A stretch of DNA of 64,000 bases from Malacoraja senta. Taxonomy: Eukaryota. Each line of letters opens with the position of its first letter. The stretch's first letter is position 1. This document shows positions 23,696 through 36,494 of this stretch, piece by piece. The translations under genes were made by a program, and so were the position numbers. The notes beneath the pieces were generated by a model that saw only the letters and a program-made list of their open reading frames with translations, did no database searches and had not been told where the DNA came from. Location: contig CM075992.1 in NCBI GenBank assembly GCA_038087875.1, forward strand, positions 9,984,001 to 10,048,000, in the 5' to 3' direction.

Positions 23696-24274
23696 GCCTG
23701 ATTGGACTGATCCAGGATGGGGAGGAATCTGTCTACAGACAGGAAGTGACACAGCTGGCGTCCTGGTGCCATCGCAACAACCTGGAGCTCAATGCTCTTA
23801 AGACGGTGGAATTGATTGTAGACTTTAGGAGCGCTCCCCCACTCACCATCAACAACATCACAGTCACGTCTGTGGAGTAATTTGTTCCTTGGAACCATCA
23901 TCTCTAGTATAAATAAATGGGAGGCCATCATACACTCCACAGTCAAAAAGGCCCTACAAAGAATGTACTTCCTGCAGCAGCTGAGAAAACACAATCTGAC
24001 ACAGGCAATAACGGTCCAGTTTTATACTGCCATCGTAGAGTCTGTCCTCATGGTCTCCATCATGGTCTGGTTTGGCTCAGCCACCGAGCAAGACATCCGG
24101 AGTCTGCACCGCATCATTCGATCAGCCGAGAAGGTTGTTGGCTGCAACCTTCCCTCCATTGACGAACTGTACACTGCAAGGGCCAGGAAGAGAGGGGTAA
24201 GATCATCTCCGACCCCTCTCACCTTGGCCATTAACTCTTTGAAGCACTTCCCTCTAGAAAGTGAGGACAAAACC

Positions 24275-25390
24275 GCCATAGAAACATAGAGAATAGGTGC
24301 AGGAGGAGGCCATTTGGCCCTTCGAGCCAGCACCACCATTCATCGCGATCATTGCTTATCGTCCCCAATCAATAACCCGTGCCTGCCTTCTCCCCATATC
24401 CCTTGATTCCACTAGCTCCTAGAGCTCTATCTAACTCGCTCTTAAATCCATCCAGTGATTTGGCCTCCACTGCCCTCTGTGGCAGGGAATTCCACAAATT
24501 CACAACTCTCTGGGTGAAAAGGTTTTTTCTCACCTCAGTCTTAAATGGCCTCCCCTTTATTCTAAGACTGTGGCCCCTGGTTCTGGACTCGCCCAACATT
24601 GGGAACATTTTTCCTGCATCTAGCTTGTCCAGTCCTTTTATAATGTTATATGTTTCTATAAGATATCCCCTCATCCTTCTAAACTCCATCCTTCTAAGCC
24701 TAGTCTTTTCAATCTTTCCTCAAATGACAGTCCCGCCATCCCTGGGATCAATCTCGTGAACCTACGCTGCCTCAATCACAAAGATGTCCTTCCTCAAATT
24801 AGGAGACCAAAACTGTACGCAATACTCCAGATGTGGTCTTACCAGAGCCCTATACAACTGCAGAAGAACCTCTCTACTCCTGTACTGAAATCCTCTTGTT
24901 ATGAAGGCCAACATTCCATTAGCTTTCTTCACTGCCTGCTGTACCTGCACGTCAACATTCAGTGACCGGTGTACATGGACACTCAGGTCTCGCTGTACCT
25001 CACCCATACCTAACCTAACCCCATTGAGATAATAATCTTCCCCCTTGTTTTTACCACCAAAGTGGATAACCTCACATTTATCTATATTATACTGCATGTG
25101 CCACGCATCTGCCCACTCACTCAATCTGTCCAGGTCACCCTGCAACCTCTTAACATCCTCTTCACAGTTCACACTGCTACCCAGCTCTGTGTCATCCACA
25201 AACTTGCTAGTGTTGCTCCTAATTCCCCCTTCCAAATCATTAATATGTATGGTAAACAGTTGCAGCCCCAACACCGAGCCTTGCGGCACTCCACTCGCCA
25301 CTGCCTGCCATTCTGAAAAGGACCCGTTCACTCCTACTTTTTGCTTCCTGTCTGCTCACCAATTTTCTATCCACGTCAACACCCTACCCC
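24275..25390 (-). mobile_element. CR1/HER1 3' fragment nested in Rex1
   Basis: ORFs 24762-25331 and 24369-24689 encode the CR1 RT C-terminus. Confidence 0.9.
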
Positions 25391-26574
25391 CACAGCCAGA
25401 CATAAAAACAGCTTTTTAGCACGAGCAGTAGCTGTACTCAACAGCCAAATGTCTGTAGCCTCCATGTGCTCTGGTATTTTATTTCATTGTTCAGATGTTT
25501 AAATTATAATGTTTTATTTTTAATTGTCTACTGTATATCGTGTTGTTACTTGCGAGCAAAGCATCAAGGCAAATTCTTTGTATACATATTTGGCTAATAC
25601 CATTTATTCAATTCAATTCAATACCCCATTTAAGCAAGTCCCATTTGGCCCAGATCCCTCGAAACATTTCCTATCCATGTACCTGTCTGAGTGCCTTTTA
25701 AATGCTGTTATAGTACCTTCCTCAACCACTATCTCTATAAGATCACCGCTTGGCCTCCTGTGCCCCAAAGAATAAAGTTCTAGTCTGCTCAATATCTCCA
25801 TACAGTTCAGCCCTCGAATCCTGGCAACATCCTCGTAAATCTGCTCTGCACTCTTTCCAGCTTAATAACATCCTTCCGATACCCTTACTGATGCAGGCCA
25901 ATGTGCCAAAAGCCTTCTTCACCACCCTACCAACCTGTAACTCCACTTTCAAGGAACTGTGTACATGTTCTCCTCGACCCCTCTGCTCTGCAGATCTCCC
26001 CAAGGCCTTACCATTTATATGAAGGTCTTGCCCTGGTTTGACTTCCCAATACGCAACATCTCACACTTTTCTGAAACTCCATTTGTGTTTCCTCAGTCCA
26101 TTTGCCCAGCTGATCAAGGTCCTGCAGTAATTTTTGATAATCATTTGTCCTCTCCCCACTATCCTTTTCACACAAGGCAGATGAGGCAGCTTTGATGTTA
26201 AAGATAGCCTGGTAAGGTGACACAAGTAACACATTTTGTGATATTGGTAAAATTTTAGTTGTTTCATTCAATTTGTGTATATGATCACAATGCTGAAAGA
26301 CTAATGAATATCCATGTATAAAATCTGATGACTGAACCTCTATTTTCCATGAATGGTATTCAGCAGTGTGGTTAACTGATAAACTGGATTAATTAAAAAA
26401 AAATACCCACAATTAAATTTCAGCATTTTAAATAATGTAACAAAATGGGAACTTGGTTGTCAAAGCAATTTTAATTACCTTAATTTAAATAAAGTAATAA
26501 TGAATTAGTCTCTGAATTCCTGCAAAGACAAAATTTCTAGACCCCAAATTTTTCAAATATATTACTTCAACTTA

Positions 26575-28490
26575 ATTGTAAGCGATTTTGGGCACCATAT
26601 CTGAGGAAGTCGAAGGTGTGCTGGTTCTAGAGAGGGTCCAGAAGAGGTTTACAAGAATAATCCCAGGAATGAATAGGTTAACCTATGATGAGCTTGTATC
26701 GGCACTGGGCCTGTAGTCACTGGAATTTAGAAGAATGAGGGGGGGGGGACCTCATTGAAACATACAGAATAGTGAAAGGCTTGGATAGACTTTATGTGGA
26801 GAGGATGCTTACAAGAGGGGGAGAGTCTAGAACTAGAGGTCACAGCCTCAGAATTAAAGGACGTTCTTTCAGGAAGGAGATGAAGAATTTCTTTAGTCAG
26901 AGAGTGGTGAATCTGGAATTCAGAAGGCTATTGAGGCCATGTCAGTGAATATTTTTAAGGCAGAGATAGATAGATTCTTGATTAGTTCAGGTGTCAGAGG
27001 TTATGGGGAGAAGGCAGGAGAATTGGTTAGGAGGGAGAGATACAGTCCCATAATGTTTGGAAGACCCATCATTTGTTTATTTGCCTCTGTACTGCACAAT
27101 TTGAGATTTATAATATATAAAAAAATCACATGTGGTTAAAGTGCACATTGTCAGATTTTATTAAAGGCCATTTTTATACATTTTGGTTTCACCATGTAGA
27201 AATTACAGCAGTGTTTATACATAGTTCCCCCCCCCCTCCCAAATGTTTGGAACATCATTAAGAATAAAGAGCACTGGTGAGCTTACTAATCGCAAAGGGA
27301 CTGGCAAGCCAAGGAAGACCTCCACAGCTGATGACAGAATAATTCTCTCGATGATAAAGAAAAATCCGCAAGCACCTGTCCGACAGATCAGAAATACTCT
27401 TCAGGAGTAGATTTGTCAATGATCACTGTCTGCAGAAGACTTCATGAACAGAAATACAAAGGCTACACTGCAAGATGCAAACTACTGGTTAGCTCCAAAA
27501 ACAGGATGGCCAGGTTACAGTTTGCCAAGAAGTACTTAAAAGAGCAACCACCGTTCTAGAAAAAGGTCTTGTGGACAAATGAGATGAAGATTAACTGATA
27601 TCCGAGTGATGCCAAGAGCAAAGTAAGGAGGAGAGAAGGAACTGCCCAAGATCCAAAGCATACCACCTCATCTGTGAAACACGGTGGTGGGGGTGTTATG
27701 GCCTAGGTATGTATTACTGCTGAAGGTACTGGCTCACTTACCTTCATTGATGAAGTATCTGCTGATGGATGTAGCATAATGAATTCTGAAGTGTATGGAC
27801 ACATCCTATCTGCTCAAGTTCAAACAAATGCCTCAAAACTCATTGGCCGGCGGTTCATTCTACAGCAAGACAATGATCCCAAACATACTGCTAAAGCAAC
27901 AAAGGAGTTTTTCAAAGCAAATTCTTGAGTGGCCAAGTCAATCACCTGATCTGAACCCAATTGAGCATACCTTTTATATGCTGAAGAGAAAACTGAAGGG
28001 GACTAGCCCCCAAAACAAGCATAAGCTAAAGATGGCTGCAATACAGAGCCTGGCAGAGCATCACCAGAGAAGACACCCAGCAACTGGTGATGTCCATGAA
28101 TCGCAGACTTCAAGCAGTCTTTGCATGCAAAGGATATGCAACAAAATACTAAACATGACTACTTTCATTTACATGACATTGTTGTGTCCCAAACATTCTG
28201 GTGCCCTGATATGGGGGGGAACTATGCATAAACACTGCTGTAATTTCTACATGGTGAAACCAAAATGTATAAAAATGGCCCTTATTAAAATCTGACAATG
28301 TACACTTTAACCACATGTGATTTTTTTTCTATTACAAATCTCAAATTGTGGAGTACAGAGGCAAAAAAAATAAATGATGTGTCTTTGTCCCAAACATTAT
28401 GGAGGGCACTGTAGATCAGCTATGATTGAATGGCAGAGTAAATTTGATGGGCCGAATTGCCTAAGTCTACTCCTATTCATTATGACCTTA
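26575..28490 (+). mobile_element. CR1 3' fragment interrupted by Tc1
   Basis: CR1 tail gagggagagata|gatcagctatgattgaatggc is continuous across the Tc1 TA site. Confidence 0.8.
27043..28411 (+). mobile_element. Tc1-family DNA transposon (IR/DR type), decayed transposase
   Basis: TA|CAGT…ACTG|TA with inverted repeats of about 200 bp. Transposase remnants [29 protein letters not shown]. Confidence 0.93.
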
Positions 28491-28568
28491 TAACCTAAAC
28501 TAAGTATTTTTACATTGGAATTTATACAAACATGTCTATTTCTGTCTTTCTTCTTACAATCTGATTAG

Positions 28569-30272
28569 TTTAGTTTAGAAATACAGCATGGAACATTTTG
28601 GCCCACTGAGTCCATGCAGACCATCGATCACCCATACACACGAGGGACAATTTACAGAAGCCAGTTAACCTACAGATCTGTATGTCTTTAGAATGTGGGA
28701 GAAAACCGGAACACCCAGAGAAACCTACGTTGTCACAGGGAGAATATGCAAACACCACACAGCACCCGAGGTTGACAAATCAGATTCTTTTAAGTCAATC
28801 TAGTTCAAGAAAACATGACTCAAACACTTCTCAGCTTAATATTTCTTTATTACAGCTCTGCGATAATTCTCTGAACCCTCCAGCACAGAGCCAACAGCTC
28901 CGGGGCAGGTCAAGAGAACTCTCTCTCTGGTACAAAATCAAGGCATTATATAGGTATTAGACAATCATGGTACAGAGGGTGTGGCAAACTATTAACCAAT
29001 CATTACGGTTTACCATACATTAGCTTATTTGCATTAACCAATCAACTGAGTCCTTCCAGTGATTTACAACAGTGGTAGTTACATGACTCTCCCCTTTCTG
29101 GCCTCTATTTACAACCCTTGTTTGCCTCGTGGTTTTTACCTTCTTTGTTTTAGAATCATTTCATTTCAACAAAGTGAAACCACAGAAAAGTGGGCTCAAA
29201 TCTCAGAGACCACCCCTCAAAATATAAGAGACACATATAATACAGCGATCATACAATACATACAAACAAAACACATGTTCCCTATTCTCGGAAAGAAAGT
29301 TATTTCTAAAACTACAGATCTAAAAAAGGTCTAATGTTAACAATCCTAATTAAAACACAATACACTTCACAAATGGTTTCACTACAAATTACACAGTTAA
29401 ATACAATTATCTATGTATTACAAACATTAAATATATAAGTTTTCCCCATTATTACAAACTACACAGATCTGCAAGTTGATTCCAATCACACACCTCCCAA
29501 CTCCAAGCACACAGGGGGCATATAATTGTCACACTTGATTAAAGATAAGTGTTTCTTGCCAAGCTAAGATACAGCTTCATGTTTACATTCCCTTTCCTCT
29601 CCTGCTATCTCTAGGGGATGGAATTCCAATCTCATCTGTAGGGCCTCTTTACGACTCCTCACTGATAGCATTACAGAGCAAAGTCGCCTTCTCAGTTTTC
29701 AATAAACATAAGAAGTCCCACTTATACAAAGGTCACATAACCATCACCTTAACACCTTTCCCCTTCAAGCGACCTTACTCCCTTGCACACATGTCTTATC
29801 CCTTATCTCAACATAAGTATAATTCAACTTAGCCAAAGACTGAATCACAGAATCTATTATCTTTCCAGCCTTGATGTCTTGGATTCAGTATAAACAGTCA
29901 TAAACCCTAAGCCCCTTATGCTACACCAGAGCTCAGGAATGTCATAAAGAAAGAGCAAATGGCCTGTGACCAAATGGCCTATGACCTCAGAAAGGGGCCC
30001 CACTGTAAACTACTTTTTGAATACAAGATTATACAAGATACAACTTCTTGCAACTTTGTAATTGCTTCAGAGCAATAAACAAGGCTACGCATGTTTAGAT
30101 TAGCATTTTCATGTTTTGATAAACCATCTCTCCCCTGTGTGTGAAGGTCCCTGTACTCTGCTTCTACAGGACCATGTGTTTTTGTTCTATTATATAATAT
30201 TTCCTCAAGGTGAGGATCGAACCCAGGACTCTGACGCCGTAAGGGAACAAATCTGCCACTGTGCCGCCTTGC
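28569..30272 (-). mobile_element. V-SINE split by the solo LTR
   Basis: SINE halves 28569-28772 and 30208-30272 join as acagcacccgaggt|gaggatcgaaccc. Confidence 0.8.
28773..30207 (-). mobile_element. Solo LTR, 1435 bp
   Basis: TG…CA termini and AGGT TSD (28769-28772, 30208-30211). On the - strand, two CCAAT elements and an octamer precede TATAA (about 28946-28950), and AATAAA follows (about 28845). Confidence 0.82.
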
Positions 30273-31194
30273 CATCTAAATTCATCAAGACTAAAGTACT
30301 AATAATTTGAAGTACAGCTGAACAGGAACTCCATATTTCCCATCATCTGTGCTGTAAGCAAAGGGGAATAACGTAGCATTGAATGTGTCAAAGCACGTTG
30401 AATAGAGATGCTTGTTTAGGGCTGCATAGCGCCAATATTCCATGCAAAAAAATTACCACAAATAATAATGACATGACAGGCCTGTTACGTCTATAGAAGT
30501 GTCCTGACCCAAATCATTGTCCGTCCATTCCTTCCACATACCTGACCTGCTGAGTTCCTCACTACACTGCTTTTGTTTCAGGATTCCAGCATCTTCAGCT
30601 TTGTGTGTCTCCAGCTTCTTAATTTGTTTATAATAATATATCAATACCACAAAACCCATTGCACTGAGGTTTCATGTAAATAGTTGTGCGAGGCTTGACT
30701 GTTGAATAGATAAGTAATTTCAATTTGATTAAATAGTCCTGCTATTAATGATGTTGTCGATCTGCTTATGCTCCTGCCAATACGTTATTGGGAAGATTTA
30801 CACTTTATCCATTTGAATGTGCCAGTATGTTTCTTATCTCAAATTTCTCCTACTGCTCTCATGGTAATGATGGATCTGATAGACTTCAAACAATATCCCT
30901 CAGCTCATCTTTTCATGATATCCAACATTTACAAAGCAGATGTCGGCCACAGTTTCAAAAAAGGCAATCAGTAATGTTGCTGCTACTGTTAATCCTCATT
31001 TGAGGAAGATATGATCCAGTTTTTTCATCAATTAGAAAATAACATTTCAGCAATAGATCTGTAGACCAAAGATATCATTCCCAGGGAATATAAGTGGAAT
31101 TTATTGGGACAGAATTGCACATTGGTTTTACCAAGTCAGCTACATCCTTACTTGGATACTCTTGAATAGCAGAACTGAATTTGATTTTTTTTTG

Positions 31195-32145
31195 TTTAGT
31201 TTGGAGAAACAGCGTAGAAACAAGCCTTTCGGCCCACCGAGTCCGCACCAACTAGCAATCCCCGCACATTAACACTATCCTACACACACTAGGGACAATT
31301 TACATGTATACCAACCCAATCTACAAACCTGTACATCTTTGGATTGTGGGAGGAAACTGAAGATCTCGGAGAAAACCCACGTGTTCACGGGGAGAAGGTA
31401 CCAACTCTGTACAGACAGTACCTGTAGTTGAGATCGAACCCTGGTCTCTGGTGCTGTAAGCACTGTAAAGGGCCTGTCCCACAGGCAATTTTTTACGGCG
31501 ACTTCCGGCGACTGTCACAGTCGTAGCAGGTCGCCGAAAAAGCGGCGACTGGACACCCCATGCCAATGTCTACGACCATCTACCACCTAGTCGACATCAA
31601 GCTACGGCAAGCTACCGACAACCGGCTACCCAATCGTTGCAACTTAGGACGTCCACCTACGATCACACCTACGACAACCTACGATCACACAGGTGACAAC
31701 CTATGACAACCGAAGTAAACCTTCGTTCACCCTCGACAAGCTACGACAAGCAATGACCCTGTCGGCGACAACTGAAGACATTTGAAGACAATTCAGTCGC
31801 CGGTACGTGTCGCCGGTTGACGTAGATAGCCGCCAATGGAATTCACCGAAGTCAGCAACCGGCGAGAACCAACGTCACCTGGCGACATCCTACGACAGCA
31901 CATACGACAGGAGAAGACAAGCTACGTCAAGCCCACAGTCGCCGAAGAGTTTTGAACATTTCAAAATCCAGCGGCGACCAGAAAAACATTACGACTCTTT
32001 ACGCGACTTGAGGAGACTACTCATGATCATACAGGCGTCACCCTGCAACTATGTGAAAACAGCCTAGTCGGCTGTCGTCGCCGAAAAAATCGCCTAAGTG
32101 GGACAGGGGCATAAGGCAGCAATTCTACCGCTGCGCCACTGTCGC
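31195..32145 (-). mobile_element. V-SINE interrupted by a Harbinger MITE
   Basis: SINE sequence gcactgtaa|ggcagcaattct is continuous across the insertion. Confidence 0.8.
31469..32111. mobile_element. PIF/Harbinger-type MITE
   Basis: AGGGCCTGTCCCAC…GTGGGACAGGGGCA with TAA TSD. The interior is rich in cgac repeats. Confidence 0.85.
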
Positions 32146-32344
32146 CACTGATTAATTGATAAAATTACACATTTGCTTGCAATTGTCCCCTGTCATTGGT
32201 TCATTTTAACAAATAGATAAAAAGGATTTGTGTTCACTACTGCCACGGGTATGTAAAGAACTGTAGTGTCACAATCTAGCAAATGTTTGTGTGAAACAAA
32301 ACTGTTCCCTCATTTCATTTACAAAAACTTTTATTTCTGTCCAG

Positions 32345-32459
32345 AATCACGTCAACCTGGTGCACAGAAAGGGGAAAACGAAGGTCTGCTCACACCCAGG
32401 TTGTGGGAAGAGGTTTTATTTATCAAATCACCTGCGTAGACACATGATCATTCACTCAG
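32345..32459 (+). CDS. ZNF653: ZNF653 exon: end of ZF1 and ZF2
   Basis: Acceptor tttctgtccag, donor G|gtaggt. Encodes NHVNLVHRKGKTKVCSHPGCGKRFYLSNHLRRHMIIHS(G). Phase 0 to phase 1 fits both neighbours. Confidence 0.96.
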
Positions 32460-32708
32460 GTAGGTCTCAGACTAAATTCTACTGCCATGTGAAGGAATTT
32501 CTGCCATCGTTTTTAATGCAGAAATTTTGAATTTGGTCTGTTGTTAGAGAGGTGGAAACTATGAAAATTAATTCTTTAAGCTTCTTTTGAATATTGCAAA
32601 TCAGGAATGTGGAAGGTTTAGTGATGTGTAGGAAGGAACTGGAGATGCTGGTTAAAACTGAAGATAGACACAAATTGCAGCTAGTGATCAGAGTGGTGAC
32701 AAGACTAA

Positions 32709-32740
32709 GTCTGAAGACGGGTCTCTCCCCGAAACGTCAC
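32709..32740 (+). ncRNA. Minimal hammerhead motif in Penelope pLTR
   Basis: GT-CTGAAGA-C-GGG-tctctc-CCC-GAAA-CGTC-AC. Confidence 0.55.
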
Positions 32741-32994
32741 CCATTCCTTCTATCCAGTGATGCTGCGTGTCCCGCTGAGTTACTCCAGCATTTTGTGTCT
32801 ATCGAAGGTTTCGTGATCTCTGGTCACCAGCTACAGGCTCTTTCTAATTGATAAAAATATTTTTTCTATGTGCTTATTGCACATCAAGCCATTTTGAATC
32901 TGACTGCATCTTTTCATCCAGGTAGGTGAATTAGTTCCTTGTGCATTTTACTGGTGTTGATATCTTTAAATAGGTGTTGACTTATTAATGATAC

Positions 32995-35725
32995 ATAGAA
33001 ACATAGAAACATAGAAAATAGGTGCAGGAGTAGGCCATTCGGCCCTTCGAGCCTGCACCGCCATTCAATATGATCATGGCTGATCATCCAACTCAGTATC
33101 CGCTACCTGCTTTCTCTCCATACCCCCTGATCCCTTTAGCCACAAGGGCCACATCTAACTCCCTCTTAAATATAGCCAATGAACTGGCCTCAACTACCTT
33201 CTGTGGCAGAGAATTCCAGAGATTCACCACTCTCTGTGTGAAAAATGTTTTCCTCATCTCGGTCCTAAAAGATTTCCCCCTTATCCTTAAACTGTGCCCC
33301 CTTGTTCTGGACTTCCCCAAATCTTCCTGCATCTAGCCTGTAAAACCCCTCAAGAATTTTGTACGTTTCTATAAGATCCCCCCTCAACCTTCTAAATTCT
33401 AGCGAGTACAAACCGAGTCTATCCAGTCTTTCTTCATATGAAAGTCCTCACATCCCAGGAATCAGTCTGGTGAACCTTCTCTGTACTCCCTCTATGGCAA
33501 GAATGTCTTTCCTCAGATTAGGAGACCAAAACTGTACGCAATACTCCAGGTGTGGTCTCACCAAGACCCTGTACAACTGCAGTAGAACCTCCCTGCTCCT
33601 ATACTCAAATCCTTTTACTATGAATGCTGACATACCATTCGCCTTCTTCACTGCCTGCTGCACCTGCATGCCTACTTTTAATGACTGGTGCACCATGACA
33701 CCCAGGTCTCGTTGCATCTCCCCTTTTCCTAATCGGCCACCATTCAGATAATAATCTACTTTCTTGTTTTTGCCACCAAAGTGGATAACCTCACATTTAT
33801 CCACATTATACTGCATCTGCCATGCATTTGCCCACTCACCCAGCCAATCCAAGTCACCTTGCAGCCTCCGAGCATCCTCCTCACAGCTAACACTGCCCCC
33901 CAGCTTCGTGTCATCCGCAAACTTGGAGATGTTGCATTCAATTCCCTCGTCCAAATCATTAATATATATCGTAAATAGCTGGGGTCCCAGCACTGAGCCT
34001 TGCGGTACCCCACTAGTCACTGCCTGCCATTGTGAAAAGGACCCGTTTACTCCTACTCTTTGCTTCCTGTCTGCCAGCCAGTTCTCTATCCACATCAATA
34101 CTGAACCCCCAATACCGTGTGCTTTAAGTTTGTATACTAATCTCTTATGTGGGACCTTGTCGAAAGCCTTCTGAAAGTCCAGATATAACACATCCACTGG
34201 TTCTCCCTTATACACTCTACTAGTTACATCCTCGAAAAATTCTATAAGATTCGTCAGACATGATTTACCTTACATAAATCCATGTTGACATTGTCCAATG
34301 ATTTCACCACTTTCCAAATGTGCTGCTATCCCATCTTTAATAACTGATTCTAGCAGTTTCCCCACTACCGACATTAGACTAACTGGTCTGTAATTCCCCG
34401 TTTTCTCTCTCCCTCCCTTTTTAAAAAGTGGGGTTACATTAGCTACCCTCCAATCCTCAGGAACTACTCCAGAATCTAAAGAGTTTTGAAAAATTATCAC
34501 TAATGCATCCACTATTTCTGGGGCTACTTCCTTAAGTACTCTGGGATGCAGCCTATCTGGCCCTGGGGATTTATCGGCCTTTAATCCATTCAATTTACCT
34601 AACACCACTTCCCGGCTAACCTGGATTTCACTCAGTTCCTCCATCTCATTTGACTCCCGGTCTCCTGCTATTTCCGGCAGATTATTTATGTCTTTCTTAG
34701 TGAAGACAGAACCAAAGTAGTTATTCAATTGGTCTGCCATGTCCTTGTTCCCCATGATCAATTCACCTGTTTCTGACTGCAAGGGACCTACATTTGTTTT
34801 AACTAATCTTTTTCTCTTCACATATCTATAAAAGCTTTTGCAGACAGTTTTTATGTTCCCTGCCAGTTTTCTTTCATAATCTATTTTCCCTTTCCTAATT
34901 AAGCCCTTTGTCCTCCTCTGCTGGACTCTGAATTTCTCCTAGTCCTCTGGTAGGCTGCTTTTTCTGGCTAATTTGTACGCTTCATCTTTTGTTTTGATAC
35001 TATCCCTGATTTCCCTTGTTATCCATGGATGCACTACCTTCCCTGATTTATTTTTTTGCCAAACTGGGATGAACAATTGTTGTAGTTCATCCATGCAGTC
35101 TTTAAATGCCTTCCATTGCATATCTACCATCAACTCATTAAGAATCAATTGCCAGTCTATCTTGGCCAATTCACTTCTCATACCCTCAAAGTTACCTTTC
35201 TTTAAGTTCAGGACCCTTGTTTCTGAATTAACAATGTCACTCTCCATCTTAATGAAGAACTCAACCATATTATGGTCACTCTTGCCCAAGGGGCCATGCA
35301 CACCAAGACTGCTAACTAACCCTTCCTCATTACTCAATACCCAATCTAGAATAGCCTGCTCTCTCGTTGGTTCCTCTACATGTTGGTTTAGAAAAATATC
35401 CCGCATACATTCCAAGAAATCCTCTTCCTCAGCACCCTTGCCAATTTGATTCACCCAATCTATATGTAGATTGAAGTCACCCATTATAACTGTTTTACCT
35501 TTGTTGCACGCATTTCTAATTTCCTGTTTGATGCCATCCCCAACTCCACTACTACTGTTAGGTGGCCTGTACACAACTCCCACTAGCGTTTTCTGCCTCT
35601 TAGTGTTTCGCAGCTCTACCCATATCGATTCCACATCCTCCAAGCTAATGTCCTTCCTTTCTATTGAGTTAATCTGCTCTCTAACCAGCAACGCTACCCC
35701 ACCTCCTTTCCCTTTCTGTCTATCC
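32995..35725 (-). mobile_element. CR1/HER1 LINE ORF2, near complete with few stops (young)
   Basis: Long ORFs 34939-35691, 34270-34821, 33448-34215 and 33093-33332, plus an (atagaaac)n tail. Confidence 0.95.
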
Positions 35726-36494
35726 AGTCCAAACTAGTTCAGCACAAGTGCATATCTAGATGAATTTCTCATTTCCTTAGGAAATTTGCTGAGAAAATTT
35801 CTCAGCTGCCTGACGAAATGGCCGTGACCATAAAATTGTATCCTTTCTGTTGTGTAAGTGCAGACGTACAGGGCTGAAGTTGTCTTCATTGGGGAGGTTC
35901 AGGTGGTAACATGATCCGGTTGTTGAATTAATGAAGTGGCTGCGATTTTTCAACTTAATGTATGATTGTGGGATTGAGAAGCATACAATTTAATTTATAA
36001 ACTGTGGAGTACAAAGATTAAGTTGATTTGTGCACTACACCATTATTGGGAGGAAATGATCTAGTTTTTTGACATCTTAACCTTTGTTTAGTTTCACCTC
36101 CTGAGCATTCCAAAATACTGCTAAGCTATGACGTGACAAGATTTAAAATGCTGTGTTTTCTTGGCAAGCATTCAGCCCAAGGGTTAAAACCGTGATAAGC
36201 TCAGACAACTGTTTGCCCCTGTATTTCTCACGGGGTCACTTGTTTTGTTTCAAGCAACGGTTGAGGTGGATTTCAGAATAAATCTAGGAGCAAGTCTGTA
36301 TGGCACTCTGACTCTAACTGTTGAGTGATTAGTAAGTGGTATCCGAGGACAGAAAGCACACATTTTTGGCTTGAATATTTTACTTCGGAGGATAGCATAG
36401 GGCCCTTTTCTGTTCAAATTATACTTACTGACACAATTTATCGTAATTAAACCCCTCATTCTTTCCATACATAAGCTATCCAAGTGGAAAATAA

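Larger units (their letters stand above)
20405..25621 (+). mobile_element. Rex1/Babar-type LINE split by three nested insertions
   Basis: Colinear pieces: FVDFSSAFNTIVP (20405-20610), GAPQGCVL (21720-21870), FLGTIIS…QRMYFLQQLRK…IVESVL (23700-24260), and a 3' end with (ATTCA)n (25393-25621). Confidence 0.8.

Noticed and set aside
32291..32530. ORF-track 79-aa zinc-finger ORF as a standalone gene (likewise 54642-54905)
   Set aside because: Only the splice-bounded portions are ZNF653 exons; the extensions are intron or SINE sequence.
33764..35449. Long + strand ORFs antisense to CR1 ORF2 (and similar ones opposite Penelope)
   Set aside because: These are shadow frames of retroelement coding sequence with no independent evidence.
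35781..35905. Cryptic exon candidate after tttccttag
   Set aside because: Exons 32345 and 41194 already join in frame across a conserved linker, and this segment shows no coding similarity.
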